NCBI GenBank assembly: GCA_963558405.1 | Contig: CAUWGC010000002.1 | Location: forward strand, 48,789 to 112,788 | From: an uncultured Clostridia bacterium | Lineage (GTDB): Bacteria; Bacillota; Clostridia; TANB77; CAG-508 | Length of the DNA stretch: 64,000 bases | Direction: 5' to 3' | Shown: positions 31,613 through 40,998 of the stretch, one piece after another | Layout: each line of letters opens with the position of its first letter | Numbering within the stretch: position 1 is the first letter of the stretch | The notes under the pieces: generated by a model | Told to the model about the DNA's origin: nothing | The model's input: only the letters and a program-made list of their open reading frames with translations | Database searches by the model: none | Position numbers and translations under genes: made by a program

Positions 31613-32451
31613 CCCTTAAACATATATAAGTCATTATAGTTTGTGTCGGTATCTATTATTGCATAAAACATATCTTTATTACCTCTTTCTGTTTGCCCTG
31701 TTTGTATGCAAATTGTCCCATTCAATTCATTTTTCCAAATTCCTGTAACTCTATAAGATTCGTGAATATGACCGTGTAAAGACATATAAGCATTACTTTT
31801 TTCTAAGAAATTAGTTATTGCTTTTGAGCCTACTTGTCGTTTATCCATACATACATCTAGTCCTATTCCAAATGGTGGATTATGAAATACATAAATAACC
31901 TTTTTTCCTTCTGTTGCTTTAGGTAAATGTTCTAAGACATTTTCCATTTTTTCTATATTATTTCTATATTCTTTCCATTCATCAACAGATAACATATTTC
32001 TACATTTTTCGACATATATTATTCTTGATAATTGAAACTGCATTTCTAAATTTTTCTCAATTACGACTCTATCTTTACAGCCAAAAGGATGGTCTAATAC
32101 TTTAGATAATCCTATAAATGAATTATTTTCAATATCTACCTTTTTATTATCTATATTAAATACATTATCAAATTTGCTACACTCATTTTCAAATATTTCA
32201 TCTAATTGTTCTAAATCATCATTTCCTAATATACAAATACATTTAATATTATTTTTTTTCAATTCGGTAAAATAATTATCGAAAAATTGCTCTATAAATA
32301 TTTTTTGTTCATTATATCTATCGCTACAATTTTTAGGTAATAGATCTCCTCCAAATACTAAATATTCTACTTTTTGTTTTATTGTCTCTTCTAATAATTT
32401 TTTGTATTTATATTCATCTCCGTGAATATCACTGGCATATATAAATTTCAT
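31609..32451 (-). CDS. Calcineurin-like metallophosphoesterase
   Basis: SDIHG, GGD, GNDD, HNPP, HGHIHE. Confidence 0.9.
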   Translation of the reverse strand: MKFIYASDIHGDEYKYKKLLEETIKQKVEYLVFGGDLLPKNCSDRYNEQKIFIEQFFDNYFTELKKNNIKCICILGNDDLEQLDEIFENECSKFDNVFNIDNKKVDIENNSFIGLSKVLDHPFGCKDRVVIEKNLEMQFQLSRIIYVEKCRNMLSVDEWKEYRNNIEKMENVLEHLPKATEGKKVIYVFHNPPFGIGLDVCMDKRQVGSKAITNFLEKSNAYMSLHGHIHESYRVTGIWKNELNGTICIQTGQTERGNKDMFYAIIDTDTNYNDLYMFKG

Positions 32452-32642
32452 TATTCTCCTCCCTTCGATCTTTTGTTTTTATACCATTCTCTTATTGCAC
32501 TACCTAAAGCCACTTTCTCCTTACCATAATTTTCACTTGGAAAATCTGATAAGTTATAAATAATTAGTGCTGTCGGTACACTACACTTTCTTAATTTTGC
32601 AAACTCAGTCGGTGTATAAAAAATATTATCATTTAGTTCCAT
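32451..32642 (-). CDS. Small HTH/Xis-like protein
   Basis: YTPTEFAKLR..DFPS; resembles 56113-56322. Confidence 0.6.
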   Translation of the reverse strand: MELNDNIFYTPTEFAKLRKCSVPTALIIYNLSDFPSENYGKEKVALGSAIREWYKNKRSKGGE

Positions 32643-32657
32643 TTTTAACTCCTGTTT

Positions 32658-32987
32658 TTAAATGTTTAGCATATTCATTGATTCAAAATAAATATATGCC
32701 TCTTTAAAACCTAATTTAAAGGATTCTTTTAATTCAATAACATCAAGTTCTCCTTGTAATTCAAGAATCTCCAAAATTGCTTTCTGTTCAGCATTATTTA
32801 ATTCTACATTCTCTTTTTCTTCTAAGAATTTAATTACATTTGGGTATTTTTCTTTTAAATTACATATCTTCTGATTTAATTTCTTATATTCTTTCTTTTG
32901 TAAAACATTCAATACTTTGTGCTTATCAAAATATTCCCAGAAATCATCAGAATATGTGTCAAAAAAACCTTCTTCAAAATTTTCCAT
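32658..32987 (-). CDS. Hypothetical protein (ends FKLGFKEA-like helix)
   Basis: GGAGGG RBS; first gene after promoter P4. Confidence 0.6.
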   Translation of the reverse strand: MENFEEGFFDTYSDDFWEYFDKHKVLNVLQKKEYKKLNQKICNLKEKYPNVIKFLEEKENVELNNAEQKAILEILELQGELDVIELKESFKLGFKEAYIYFESMNMLNI

Positions 32988-33014
32988 TTAATATCCCTCC
33001 TATCCTATTTTTGC

Positions 33015-33051
33015 ATTATATAGAATAAAAAAAGACAATCCCAAACCTTTT
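33015..33051 (-). promoter_or_regulatory. ICE motif promoter P4
   Basis: AAAAGGTTTGGGAT-N17-TATAAT. Confidence 0.7.
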
Positions 33052-33151
33052 TATAAAAAAATTAAAAATGTGCCACTTTATACAGCGACACATCTTTATA
33101 TTATATACAAATTCCTTCATTTTCAAGTATTTAATTATTTTTATTTTAATT

Positions 33152-33406
33152 TTAATTTATTTCATCTATCACTTCCTCATTTAAAATTTTCTTTAAAAGT
33201 TCTAATTTGGTTTCAGCTTTTATTCTTAACTCTTTTTCTCGTTCATACATTTCTTTACTAATAGAATCTCCACCTACTTTTATTTTGTATTGTCCTCCCT
33301 CAGTTTTTATATACTCGACTTCTTTATTATATAGTAATTGTAATGCAACATTATAACCTATCTTCCTTCGTTTCATAAACTCACTTAAACTAATCCATTC
33401 TTCCAT
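33152..33406 (-). CDS. Small HTH-like DNA-binding protein
   Basis: WISLSEFMKRRKIG. Confidence 0.55.
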   Translation of the reverse strand: MEEWISLSEFMKRRKIGYNVALQLLYNKEVEYIKTEGGQYKIKVGGDSISKEMYEREKELRIKAETKLELLKKILNEEVIDEIN

Positions 33407-33751
33407 TTAATTCACTTCTTTCTCACTAGGTATCTTATTAACAAAACATCCTATATTTAATTTTTTCATCTTGGATATTTCTTCATCTAACTGTCTTTCA
33501 GTAGTAATTCCATATTTTCTTAATTCCTTTACAATGACTTTATTATTTGTAAGAATGTATTTTAAATCAATATCCCTTGTATCTTGTTGTTGTCCTACAA
33601 ATTCTAAGAACTTGCTTTTAATGATAACATAGTTCCATTTGCCTGTTTTTGATTGAATAGCTGTCCCAAAATCAAACCTTCCCTGTCTTAAACCTGCTCT
33701 TATAAATTCAGGATTTTTATTTATTATTTTTCCTGCCTCTATAGGAGTCAT
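33407..33751 (-). CDS. Phage/ICE-type small DNA-binding protein
   Basis: EAGKII.K.PEFIRAGLRQGRFDFG. Confidence 0.6.
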   Translation of the reverse strand: MTPIEAGKIINKNPEFIRAGLRQGRFDFGTAIQSKTGKWNYVIIKSKFLEFVGQQQDTRDIDLKYILTNNKVIVKELRKYGITTERQLDEEISKMKKLNIGCFVNKIPSEKEVN

Positions 33752-33826
33752 TGTTTCAACTTTTTCTATTTACATTCCCCCCTTTACTATAAAAATTTAA
33801 TGTGTGTCGTTCCGCAAACTAATAAC

Positions 33827-33863
33827 ATTATAAAATAATTTAAAAGACAATCCCAAACCCTTT
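33827..33863 (-). promoter_or_regulatory. ICE motif promoter P5
   Basis: AAAGGGTTTGGGAT-N17-TATAAT. Confidence 0.7.
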
Positions 33864-33908
33864 TTATAAAAAATTTACAAAAAAAAATAAAGCTAGTACA
33901 ATAATGCA

Positions 33909-34457
33909 CTAGCTAACTTGTTTTAATAAAAATTCATATAATTCTTTAGTTGTTTTTAATATTAAATCAGCTCTAACAAAACAAGGTTTCTCATTGTAGT
34001 TATTTCCCTTTCCATCGTTAGAATATCTTAGTTTACAACCATCATCATCTATTATATTTAATACCTCTATTAACATATCAAAATCAGTATTACTTATATT
34101 TACCTCGTTTTTTAATTCTTTCCATAATTCCTTTAATTTATGTATTTTCTTAATTTTTCCTTGTTTACTATTTAATACTGCTTTAATAGATAGTTCTATT
34201 GTATGCCTACACAAAAATAAAAAAGGCATACACATTTGATTTGTTCTAAATACTTTTATTTTTTCATCAGGATTATTTTCACTACGAAAGAACACATATA
34301 AACATTCTGCTGAATGTAAATAAGCATCTATTATCTCTCTTTCTGCTGTTTTATTTCTAAGTTCTTCTTTAAAAAAAGGAGAAAGAGAAATACAATCCCA
34401 TTTATAAACTTCTTCTGTAAGTCCATTAAATTTATATCTTATATATTTATTTTCCAT
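33909..34457 (-). CDS. HEPN-like hypothetical protein
   Basis: PFLFLCRHTIELSIK...HKLKELW...D.DG..LRY. Confidence 0.55.
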   Translation of the reverse strand: MENKYIRYKFNGLTEEVYKWDCISLSPFFKEELRNKTAEREIIDAYLHSAECLYVFFRSENNPDEKIKVFRTNQMCMPFLFLCRHTIELSIKAVLNSKQGKIKKIHKLKELWKELKNEVNISNTDFDMLIEVLNIIDDDGCKLRYSNDGKGNNYNEKPCFVRADLILKTTKELYEFLLKQVS

Positions 34458-34474
34458 ATTGAAAACTCCTGTTA

Positions 34475-34702
34475 CTACAAAGTATTGTAATATTCTTCTA
34501 ATTCTTTTCTTTCTTTTTGAGTTAAACTATCATATACATTGTCTATTTCTGTATCTGCAATATTGTGTTCATCTAAAAATGCTTTATGTTTTAAATCCCA
34601 ATATTTTCTTTTTATATTTTTTATATTTATATCTTTAATTGCATCAATTTCTTTAGGATTCATTGCACAATTATATTTTTCTAAAAACTCATCTAAATTC
34701 AT
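34475..34702 (-). CDS. Hypothetical protein
   Basis: 75 aa; TGGTATAAT extended -10 upstream at ~34739-34747. Confidence 0.55.
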   Translation of the reverse strand: MNLDEFLEKYNCAMNPKEIDAIKDINIKNIKRKYWDLKHKAFLDEHNIADTEIDNVYDSLTQKERKELEEYYNTL

Positions 34703-34766
34703 TTTACTTCAACTCACTTTCAAATTGTTTGTAGTGATATTATACCATATCTTTAATAAAATAGCA

Positions 34767-35210
34767 TTAAGTATTAAGAATATTCTTATTTATCAAATTA
34801 TTAAAAGTTGCTAGTATTCCTATTTCAAAATAGATGTCATTTATATAAGTTCTAACTGTTGTTTTAGAAACATATAATTCATCTGCAATAATATCTTCAG
34901 GGATATTACCAAAAAACTTGTATTCAACAACTTTCAATTTTGTTTTATCACATTTTCTTAACTCCTGAAGAATATTATCAATTAGTTCTTTCCATTCTTT
35001 ATATTCTTTTATTTTGCTGTCTATACTAATATTCTTTATAACTTGTGATTCTACTTTTCTATTTATTTTATTTTTACTTCTTATTGAAGAATTTATATCT
35101 CTGCCTTCAGTAGTATCTTTCTCTAATTCTAGTTCATTTATTAGCCTATCATAAATTGGATATTCATATAATTTTTTTCTAATTATCTTCTTTACTTTTT
35201 TTGTAACCAT
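34767..35210 (-). CDS. ArpU/sigma region 4-like transcriptional regulator
   Basis: C-terminal IADELYVSKTTV HTH. Confidence 0.7.
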   Translation of the reverse strand: MVTKKVKKIIRKKLYEYPIYDRLINELELEKDTTEGRDINSSIRSKNKINRKVESQVIKNISIDSKIKEYKEWKELIDNILQELRKCDKTKLKVVEYKFFGNIPEDIIADELYVSKTTVRTYINDIYFEIGILATFNNLINKNILNT

Positions 35211-35252
35211 CTTTTCCTCCTAAAATAAAAAATCACAACCTTTTAAGTTGTG

Positions 35253-36020
35253 TTACATATCTAAATCCATTTCATCTTCTTCAGTATTTTCTGAAGCAAA
35301 ATTATTATTTTCATATAAACTATCAAAAAATTCTTTAGGATATTCTCTTTGATCATAATTAGCAAAACTTTTCTTTTTAGTAACTTTTTTATCTTGTCTT
35401 GATTCTAATTCATCAACTCTTAATATTACCCATCTTTTAATTGTTGCAAAATCGCTTTTATATTCCACTCCTTTTGATCTCTTATATAAAGAAAGTTCTT
35501 CTATACATTTATTAGCTTTAGTTTCTCCGTATTCATTAACTAAATCAGTATATTCGTAATTATATAAATACACATTATCTAAAAATTTTTCTTTGCTAAC
35601 TGTGTGTGTATTTATATTATTATATTTTATATTATTATCTTCTACTTTTTCATCACTACCCTGGTGATTATTTAATACATAGGGGTAGTGATTTTTTGAT
35701 AGATAGGGTATATCATTTGGATATATCTTTCGCTGAATAATCTCTTGCTGTTCATTTCTAATAATATCTATAACTAAATAATTATATTTTCTTAAATTCG
35801 TAATCCATCTTGAAACAGTTTTATGATCTACTCCTAGTTTTTCTCCCAAATACTTATTACTCGCATAACAATATCCTTCTTTATTTGAAAGAGCAGTAAT
35901 AAGAGCATATAACAATTTTTCATTTGGTTTTAACTCATTATTAAATAAAACTGTTGCAGGAATTACAGCAAAATATCCTATTCTATTTATTTCATTCTGT
36001 GTATCCACTTCTCCTATCAC
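35253..36020 (-). CDS. Phage-type HTH replication initiator
   Basis: EKLLYALITALSNKEGYCYASNKYL; C-terminal NYDQREY. Confidence 0.75.
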   Translation of the reverse strand: MIGEVDTQNEINRIGYFAVIPATVLFNNELKPNEKLLYALITALSNKEGYCYASNKYLGEKLGVDHKTVSRWITNLRKYNYLVIDIIRNEQQEIIQRKIYPNDIPYLSKNHYPYVLNNHQGSDEKVEDNNIKYNNINTHTVSKEKFLDNVYLYNYEYTDLVNEYGETKANKCIEELSLYKRSKGVEYKSDFATIKRWVILRVDELESRQDKKVTKKKSFANYDQREYPKEFFDSLYENNNFASENTEEDEMDLDM

Positions 36021-36114
36021 TTTCCTTTCCTGCTACTATACAAGCATATAAAATTAAAATTAAACTTAAATTTGCTCCTACAAATAATCCTATTATTAAT
36101 CCTATCAAAAACAT
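35992..36114 (-). CDS. Small hydrophobic protein (DUF3789-like, 40 aa)
   Basis: Not in the ORF track; MFLIGLIIGLFVGANLSL...CIVAGKESD, GGAGGTG RBS. Confidence 0.6.
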   Translation of the reverse strand: MFLIGLIIGLFVGANLSLILILYACIVAGKESDRRSGYTE

Positions 36115-36131
36115 AATTTACACCTCCATAT

Positions 36132-36548
36132 TCAAGCCAAATTTCTTATTTGGGCATTTTTATACACGAACTCAATTAACTTGTCCTTTATTATTTTTTG
36201 TTTCTTAAAATTGAATTTAAGAGTTTCCTCAATTTCATCTTTAGACTTATTTTTTAAATATTTTAGATTTATAAAATCGTAGTATTTAGGATATTTTTGC
36301 ATTAAAAAAGCAAGTACCTTTTTTATCAGTACCTGCCATCTCTTAAATTCTAATATTTTTCTATTTTCTATTATTTTAATTACCTGATTTTCTAAAGTAT
36401 TGTTACATACCGTTATGCCTTTTCTCCAAGCATTTCCGCTTACATTAACACTACTTATCAAACCATCTTTTATCTCATCAATCATTTCATCTATATTATT
36501 ATAATTATACAAATAAAATTCTACTTTTTTATACTCTTGTTTTGTCAT
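36132..36548 (-). CDS. ArpU-like regulator
   Basis: Paralog-like to 34767-35210 (LYNY...LENQVIK). Confidence 0.6.
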   Translation of the reverse strand: MTKQEYKKVEFYLYNYNNIDEMIDEIKDGLISSVNVSGNAWRKGITVCNNTLENQVIKIIENRKILEFKRWQVLIKKVLAFLMQKYPKYYDFINLKYLKNKSKDEIEETLKFNFKKQKIIKDKLIEFVYKNAQIRNLA

Positions 36549-36990
36549 CTCCCTGTCCTCCTTGAAGTAATTTTTTTAATTCAAGGACAAAGAATTCTGC
36601 ATCTATCTCATTATAATTATTTTCTTCAAAATCTAAGATTACATCAACAATATATTTATCGTTGTAATCTTCTATGTTTCTTATTATTTTTCCTAAGTCC
36701 CTTTTATTATACATTAGCAATATTGTGCTTTTATTATAAAGTTTATCTTGTGCATTAAGTATAGCAATTTCTAATTCTTCTAGCAATTCTTCAAATAATA
36801 CAGAAGTATTAGTTACTTCTTCTAGTGAAGTTCCAACATCCGTAGCTAATCTAAGCCACTCTATAAAGTAAAAATCTTCAACAAATTCATCGTACTTTTC
36901 ATTCATTTCTTCTATTTTATTATAAATACATTTTAATCTTGCTATTTTATTTATTTCATTTACTAAATCTAAAATTTTCTCTTTTTCCAT
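36529..36990 (-). CDS. Hypothetical protein
   Basis: ATG 36990 after GGAGG. Confidence 0.6.
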   Translation of the reverse strand: MEKEKILDLVNEINKIARLKCIYNKIEEMNEKYDEFVEDFYFIEWLRLATDVGTSLEEVTNTSVLFEELLEELEIAILNAQDKLYNKSTILLMYNKRDLGKIIRNIEDYNDKYIVDVILDFEENNYNEIDAEFFVLELKKLLQGGQGDDKTRV

Positions 36991-37186
36991 AAAAACCTCC
37001 AAAAAAACAACTTCAGCGATTGCTGAAGTTATTGATATTTCAATATTAAATTACATTATTTTATACCCTTTATTTACCCTTTATGAAACAAATTTTAATG
37101 CTTTTTAACGGTTTTTAATGCTCTTAAATGGATTTTTCAGAGAAATAAAAAATCCTCTGTAACTAGCTTTAACAGAGGTATTTCAA

Positions 37187-37262
37187 TGGTTGCGGGGGAT
37201 AGACTCGAACTATCGACCTTCGGGTTATGAGCCCGACGAGCTGCCAACTGCTCCACCCCGCG
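37187..37262 (-). tRNA. tRNA-fMet (CAT)
   Basis: CGCGGGG...GGGCTCATAACCC...CCCCGCAACCA; 3 GC pairs in the anticodon stem and C1:A72 mismatch. Confidence 0.97.
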
Positions 37263-37435
37263 ATGTTCTTATATAGTATAACTCTTATTTATACCATTGT
37301 CAACCCTTTACAAATTATTTGTAAAAAAATTTGAATTTTATAATTTTATTTTAGATAGGCAGTATTAGAAAATTCTGCCTATCGTTTTTCTCTTTCTATA
37401 TTATTATATGCTTTTATCAAAAGAATATTCCTATT

Positions 37436-38056
37436 TTAAACACAAATATTATTTTTTATACTTTCATATTTATTTTCGCCTATTCCACTTACGTTTTTTA
37501 TATCTTCTATTGTTTTAAAATCTCCATTTTGCTTACGATATTCTATAATTTTGCTTGCAGTGGATGGGCCTATTCCTGTTAATGTTTCTAATTCAGTTTG
37601 CGTTGCTGTATTTATATTTATTTTTCCTTCTTTATCTTGCTCCTCCTCTTCCTTAATTACACCATCTCCGCTTCCTTCCATAATATATTCCTCTTCTTCA
37701 TCTAAAATGCTAGGAATATATATTTTCTGACCATCTTTTAGTACATATGCAAGATTTAGTTTTGATAATTCAGCTTCCAAAGTAGCTCCTCCTGCTGCTT
37801 CTATTGCATCTGCTATTCTTGCACCTTCTTCCAATTCTACTATTCCTTCTTCTTCTACATAACCCGTAACATGAACTTTGATTTTATTTGTTTTTTCTTT
37901 TACTTCGTTTTGAGAAATTTCTTCTGTTTGTTGTAAATTAACTATTGAATATTCTGTTTCTCCTATTCTCTTATATAGGAATATTCCTATTACAACAAGA
38001 ATAACAATAATACAAATTCCAATAATAATTTTTTGCATTTTAGTTAATTCTATCAT
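37436..38056 (-). CDS. comEA: Competence protein ComEA
   Basis: TM, SLBB domain, HhH (INTAT..L..LTGIGPSTA). Confidence 0.93.
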   Translation of the reverse strand: MIELTKMQKIIIGICIIVILVVIGIFLYKRIGETEYSIVNLQQTEEISQNEVKEKTNKIKVHVTGYVEEEGIVELEEGARIADAIEAAGGATLEAELSKLNLAYVLKDGQKIYIPSILDEEEEYIMEGSGDGVIKEEEEQDKEGKININTATQTELETLTGIGPSTASKIIEYRKQNGDFKTIEDIKNVSGIGENKYESIKNNICV

Positions 38057-38163
38057 ATATACTTCCTCCTTATTTATTAAATTTTTGTTAAAATCAATAA
38101 AATACCATTGAAATTCTGTTTTTTTTACGATATCATAGAAAGGATTTTTTTAAGGAGCCAAAA

Positions 38164-39411
38164 ATGAAAACAAAAAAGATTTTATTATTTTTATTAATTA
38201 TATATTTTTTATGCATAAATATATGTACTGTTCAGGCTGTTGAAAAGCCTAATATTTATTCTCCAGCTTATCTTTTAATGGATGCCAATTCCGGAAAAAT
38301 TCTTTATGAAAAAAATATGGAAGAAAAAAGATATCCTGCCAGTACCACTAAAATAATGACTGCTATTTTAGCTTTAGAAAATTGTGATTTATCTGAAGAA
38401 GCAAAAGTAAGTTATAATGCTGTTTATTCTATTCCAAGTGGATATTCTACTGCTAATTTACAGGTAGGAGAAGTTTTTACAATAGAACAAATGCTATATG
38501 CCTTACTTCTTCCTTCTGCAAATGACGCAGCTGTTGTAATAGCAGAACATATTTCAGGATCTGTAGAAGAATTTTCTAATTTAATGAATTCTAAAGCAAA
38601 AGAATTAGGTTGTACAAATACGCACTTTGTAAATCCAAATGGCATTCAAAATGAAAATCATTATTCTACTGCTCATGATTTAGCAATAATTGGACGATAT
38701 GCAATGCAAAATGAAACTTTTAGAAATATGGTAAAAACCACTTCTTATACACTACCAGCTACAGAAAAATATAATAAATTTGATAGAAAATTCGTAAATA
38801 CAAATGATTTAATTCGTTTTAGTTTAAAAGATACTCCTGGAAATTATTATTATCCTTACGCTACAGGTATTAAAACCGGATTTACTTCAGCTGCTATGAA
38901 TTGTATTGTGGCTAGTGCAGAAAAAGATGGTGCTGAATTTATAGTTGTTATATTAGGAGCTGGTCAAACAGATTCTGGAGATAGTGAAAGATATTTAGAT
39001 TGTATTTCTTTGTTCAATTATGGTTTTGATTCTTACACATCAAAAGTATTAAAAAAAGAAAATGAGATATTACAGCAAATTAAAATTTCAGGTGCTACAA
39101 TGGAAACTAAAAATGTTGATGTTTTAGTTAAAGAAGAAATTAAAGTATTAATTCCAACAAATGAAGATGTAGAGAATATAGAGCCAACTATTACATTTCA
39201 AGATAATTTGAAAGCGCCTTTATCTAAAGGAACAACTGTAGGAAAAATCACTTATACTATTGATGGAACAGAATATTCTAGCAGTCTTATTTTAGCTGAT
39301 AATGTTGAAAAATCTTCATTTCTTGTTATTTTGTTCCGAATTGTTCTTATTATATTTATTTTATATTTAGTAGTAATTATATTAAAATCATTTGATGAAA
39401 AAAAGAAATAA
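38164..39411 (+). CDS. D-alanyl-D-alanine carboxypeptidase (S11)
   Basis: PASTTK, SAN and KTG motifs. Confidence 0.93.
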   Translation: MKTKKILLFLLIIYFLCINICTVQAVEKPNIYSPAYLLMDANSGKILYEKNMEEKRYPASTTKIMTAILALENCDLSEEAKVSYNAVYSIPSGYSTANLQVGEVFTIEQMLYALLLPSANDAAVVIAEHISGSVEEFSNLMNSKAKELGCTNTHFVNPNGIQNENHYSTAHDLAIIGRYAMQNETFRNMVKTTSYTLPATEKYNKFDRKFVNTNDLIRFSLKDTPGNYYYPYATGIKTGFTSAAMNCIVASAEKDGAEFIVVILGAGQTDSGDSERYLDCISLFNYGFDSYTSKVLKKENEILQQIKISGATMETKNVDVLVKEEIKVLIPTNEDVENIEPTITFQDNLKAPLSKGTTVGKITYTIDGTEYSSSLILADNVEKSSFLVILFRIVLIIFILYLVVIILKSFDEKKK

Positions 39412-39503
39412 AATATTAAGATAAAAATAATATTGAAATAAAATAATTAATAAAAATTATAGAAGCTAATTTAGAAAAAACTCTAAATTAGCTTCTGATT
39501 TTT

Positions 39504-40850
39504 CTATTTATAGTCTTTCCCTATTATAATTGTAAAATCTACATTAGAATTATTTTCTCCAGTTGATATACTTCCTCTTCCTATTGCGTCTTTGATTTTA
39601 TCTTCTATGGTAGTAGATTTGTTAGTTCTATTAATAATAGTTGTTTTAGAAGTAGTACTTGTATTTCCTGATTTTGTTACTTTATATCCTAGTTCTTCTA
39701 ATTTTTCTGTTACCTCAGTTAATGCTTTTTTACTTCCAGAACCATTTAAAACTTCTAATTTAATAGTATCATTATTAGACTCTTGGCTTGTTCCTTCTTG
39801 AGTATTTGTTGTATTTCCAGAAATAGAATTTCCGTCTTCTTTATTTTCTTCTTCTGTTCCAAATAATCTTTGAACTACCTCTTTTGTTCCTTCTTCATCT
39901 GGTGAAAAGAACCAAAGTCCATTAAATTTTTCTGATACACCTGGTATATCTTCACTATATAAATTATCTGTGTTAAATTCTACTGCATAAGGAATATAAT
40001 CTTTTAATGTGTTAAAATCTAAGTTTGTATTTACATTTGAGTTTACAATATCTATTAATCCATTAATTTTGAAAATATTTTCTACTTTCATTGTTTGTTG
40101 TATTGCTGCTTTTATAAATTCTCTTTGTGTTCTCATTCTACCGTAGTCGCCTTCTCCATATGATGCAGGATAAGTTGTTCCATCTTGATTTTTTCTAAAT
40201 CTTAATAATTGCTCTGTTTTATTTCCATTAATTAATTGATATCCAGGGTCTAAATTAATAAATAAATCTTGTGTATAATCTCTATACCACATTTTTATTG
40301 GAACATCAAACCATACTCCTCCAATATAGTCTACTACTTCTGTAATTGCTTTAGAATCAATTGCTACATAATATTTAATATCTAATCCTGTAAGTTCATT
40401 AATTTCTTTTAAAGCTTTTTCTGGTGATATCTGATATACAGAATTAATTTTATCATATGTATCTGCGTTTGACTTACTATCACCTATAAAGGTATCTCTT
40501 GGAATAGATAATAAAGATGCTTTTTGATTTTTAGGATTATATGAGCAAACCATAATAGAATCTGTAAGTTCCATTTCATCACTTTTTCCTAATACTAAAC
40601 AATAAAGTGGTGGCAAATTTTTTCTAGTTTCTTCATCATGTCCAACTGCAGTTGCTAAAAATCCAGAAACTCCTCCTCCATTTTTCTTCATTTTATAAGC
40701 AAAAACTCCTGCTCCTATTAAACACAAAATAATAATTACAAGAAGCACTATCCTAAAAATTTTCCAGCCTTTTGACTTTTTCTTTTTCTTCTTTTTTGAT
40801 TGTTTTGTTTCTACTTCTATTTCTATGTTTTCTTCTTTTTTTGGTTTCAC
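39504..40850 (-). CDS. LCP family protein with LytR_C domain
   Basis: LTDSIM, SIPRD, GDYGRMRTQ, EVLNG. Confidence 0.92.
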   Translation of the reverse strand: MKPKKEENIEIEVETKQSKKKKKKKSKGWKIFRIVLLVIIILCLIGAGVFAYKMKKNGGGVSGFLATAVGHDEETRKNLPPLYCLVLGKSDEMELTDSIMVCSYNPKNQKASLLSIPRDTFIGDSKSNADTYDKINSVYQISPEKALKEINELTGLDIKYYVAIDSKAITEVVDYIGGVWFDVPIKMWYRDYTQDLFINLDPGYQLINGNKTEQLLRFRKNQDGTTYPASYGEGDYGRMRTQREFIKAAIQQTMKVENIFKINGLIDIVNSNVNTNLDFNTLKDYIPYAVEFNTDNLYSEDIPGVSEKFNGLWFFSPDEEGTKEVVQRLFGTEEENKEDGNSISGNTTNTQEGTSQESNNDTIKLEVLNGSGSKKALTEVTEKLEELGYKVTKSGNTSTTSKTTIINRTNKSTTIEDKIKDAIGRGSISTGENNSNVDFTIIIGKDYK

Positions 40851-40998
40851 CTTTTGGTCACTCCTTATAAAAAATTATAAGATAACTATATTTATTATAT
40901 AAAAATTGACAAATAAATATAGCATGTTCTGACTGAACATGCTATAAGTATAACAAACTAAATTTAAAATATCAATATATTAATAATAATTTAATAAA

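Larger units (their letters stand above)
1..37186. mobile_element. Integrative conjugative element (left end outside the window), right end at the 3' end of tRNA-fMet
   Basis: Contiguous T4SS, relaxase, oriT, ArdA, ParB and replication genes, nearly all on the minus strand, ending at the tRNA 3' end; host genes follow. The second att site and the integrase are not visible. Confidence 0.85.

Noticed and set aside
33752-33790. Non-canonical ATA start for ORF 33407
   Set aside because: RBS spacing is suggestive, but a downstream ATG exists and there is no further evidence.
30077-37002. Prophage
   Set aside because: Phage-like early genes only; no capsid, terminase or tail genes, and the region is contiguous with the conjugation module.
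37060-37130. Short direct repeats TACCCTTTAT and TTTTAATGCT near tRNA-fMet as integrase arm sites
   Set aside because: Plausible, but the other ICE end is outside the window, so this cannot be verified.
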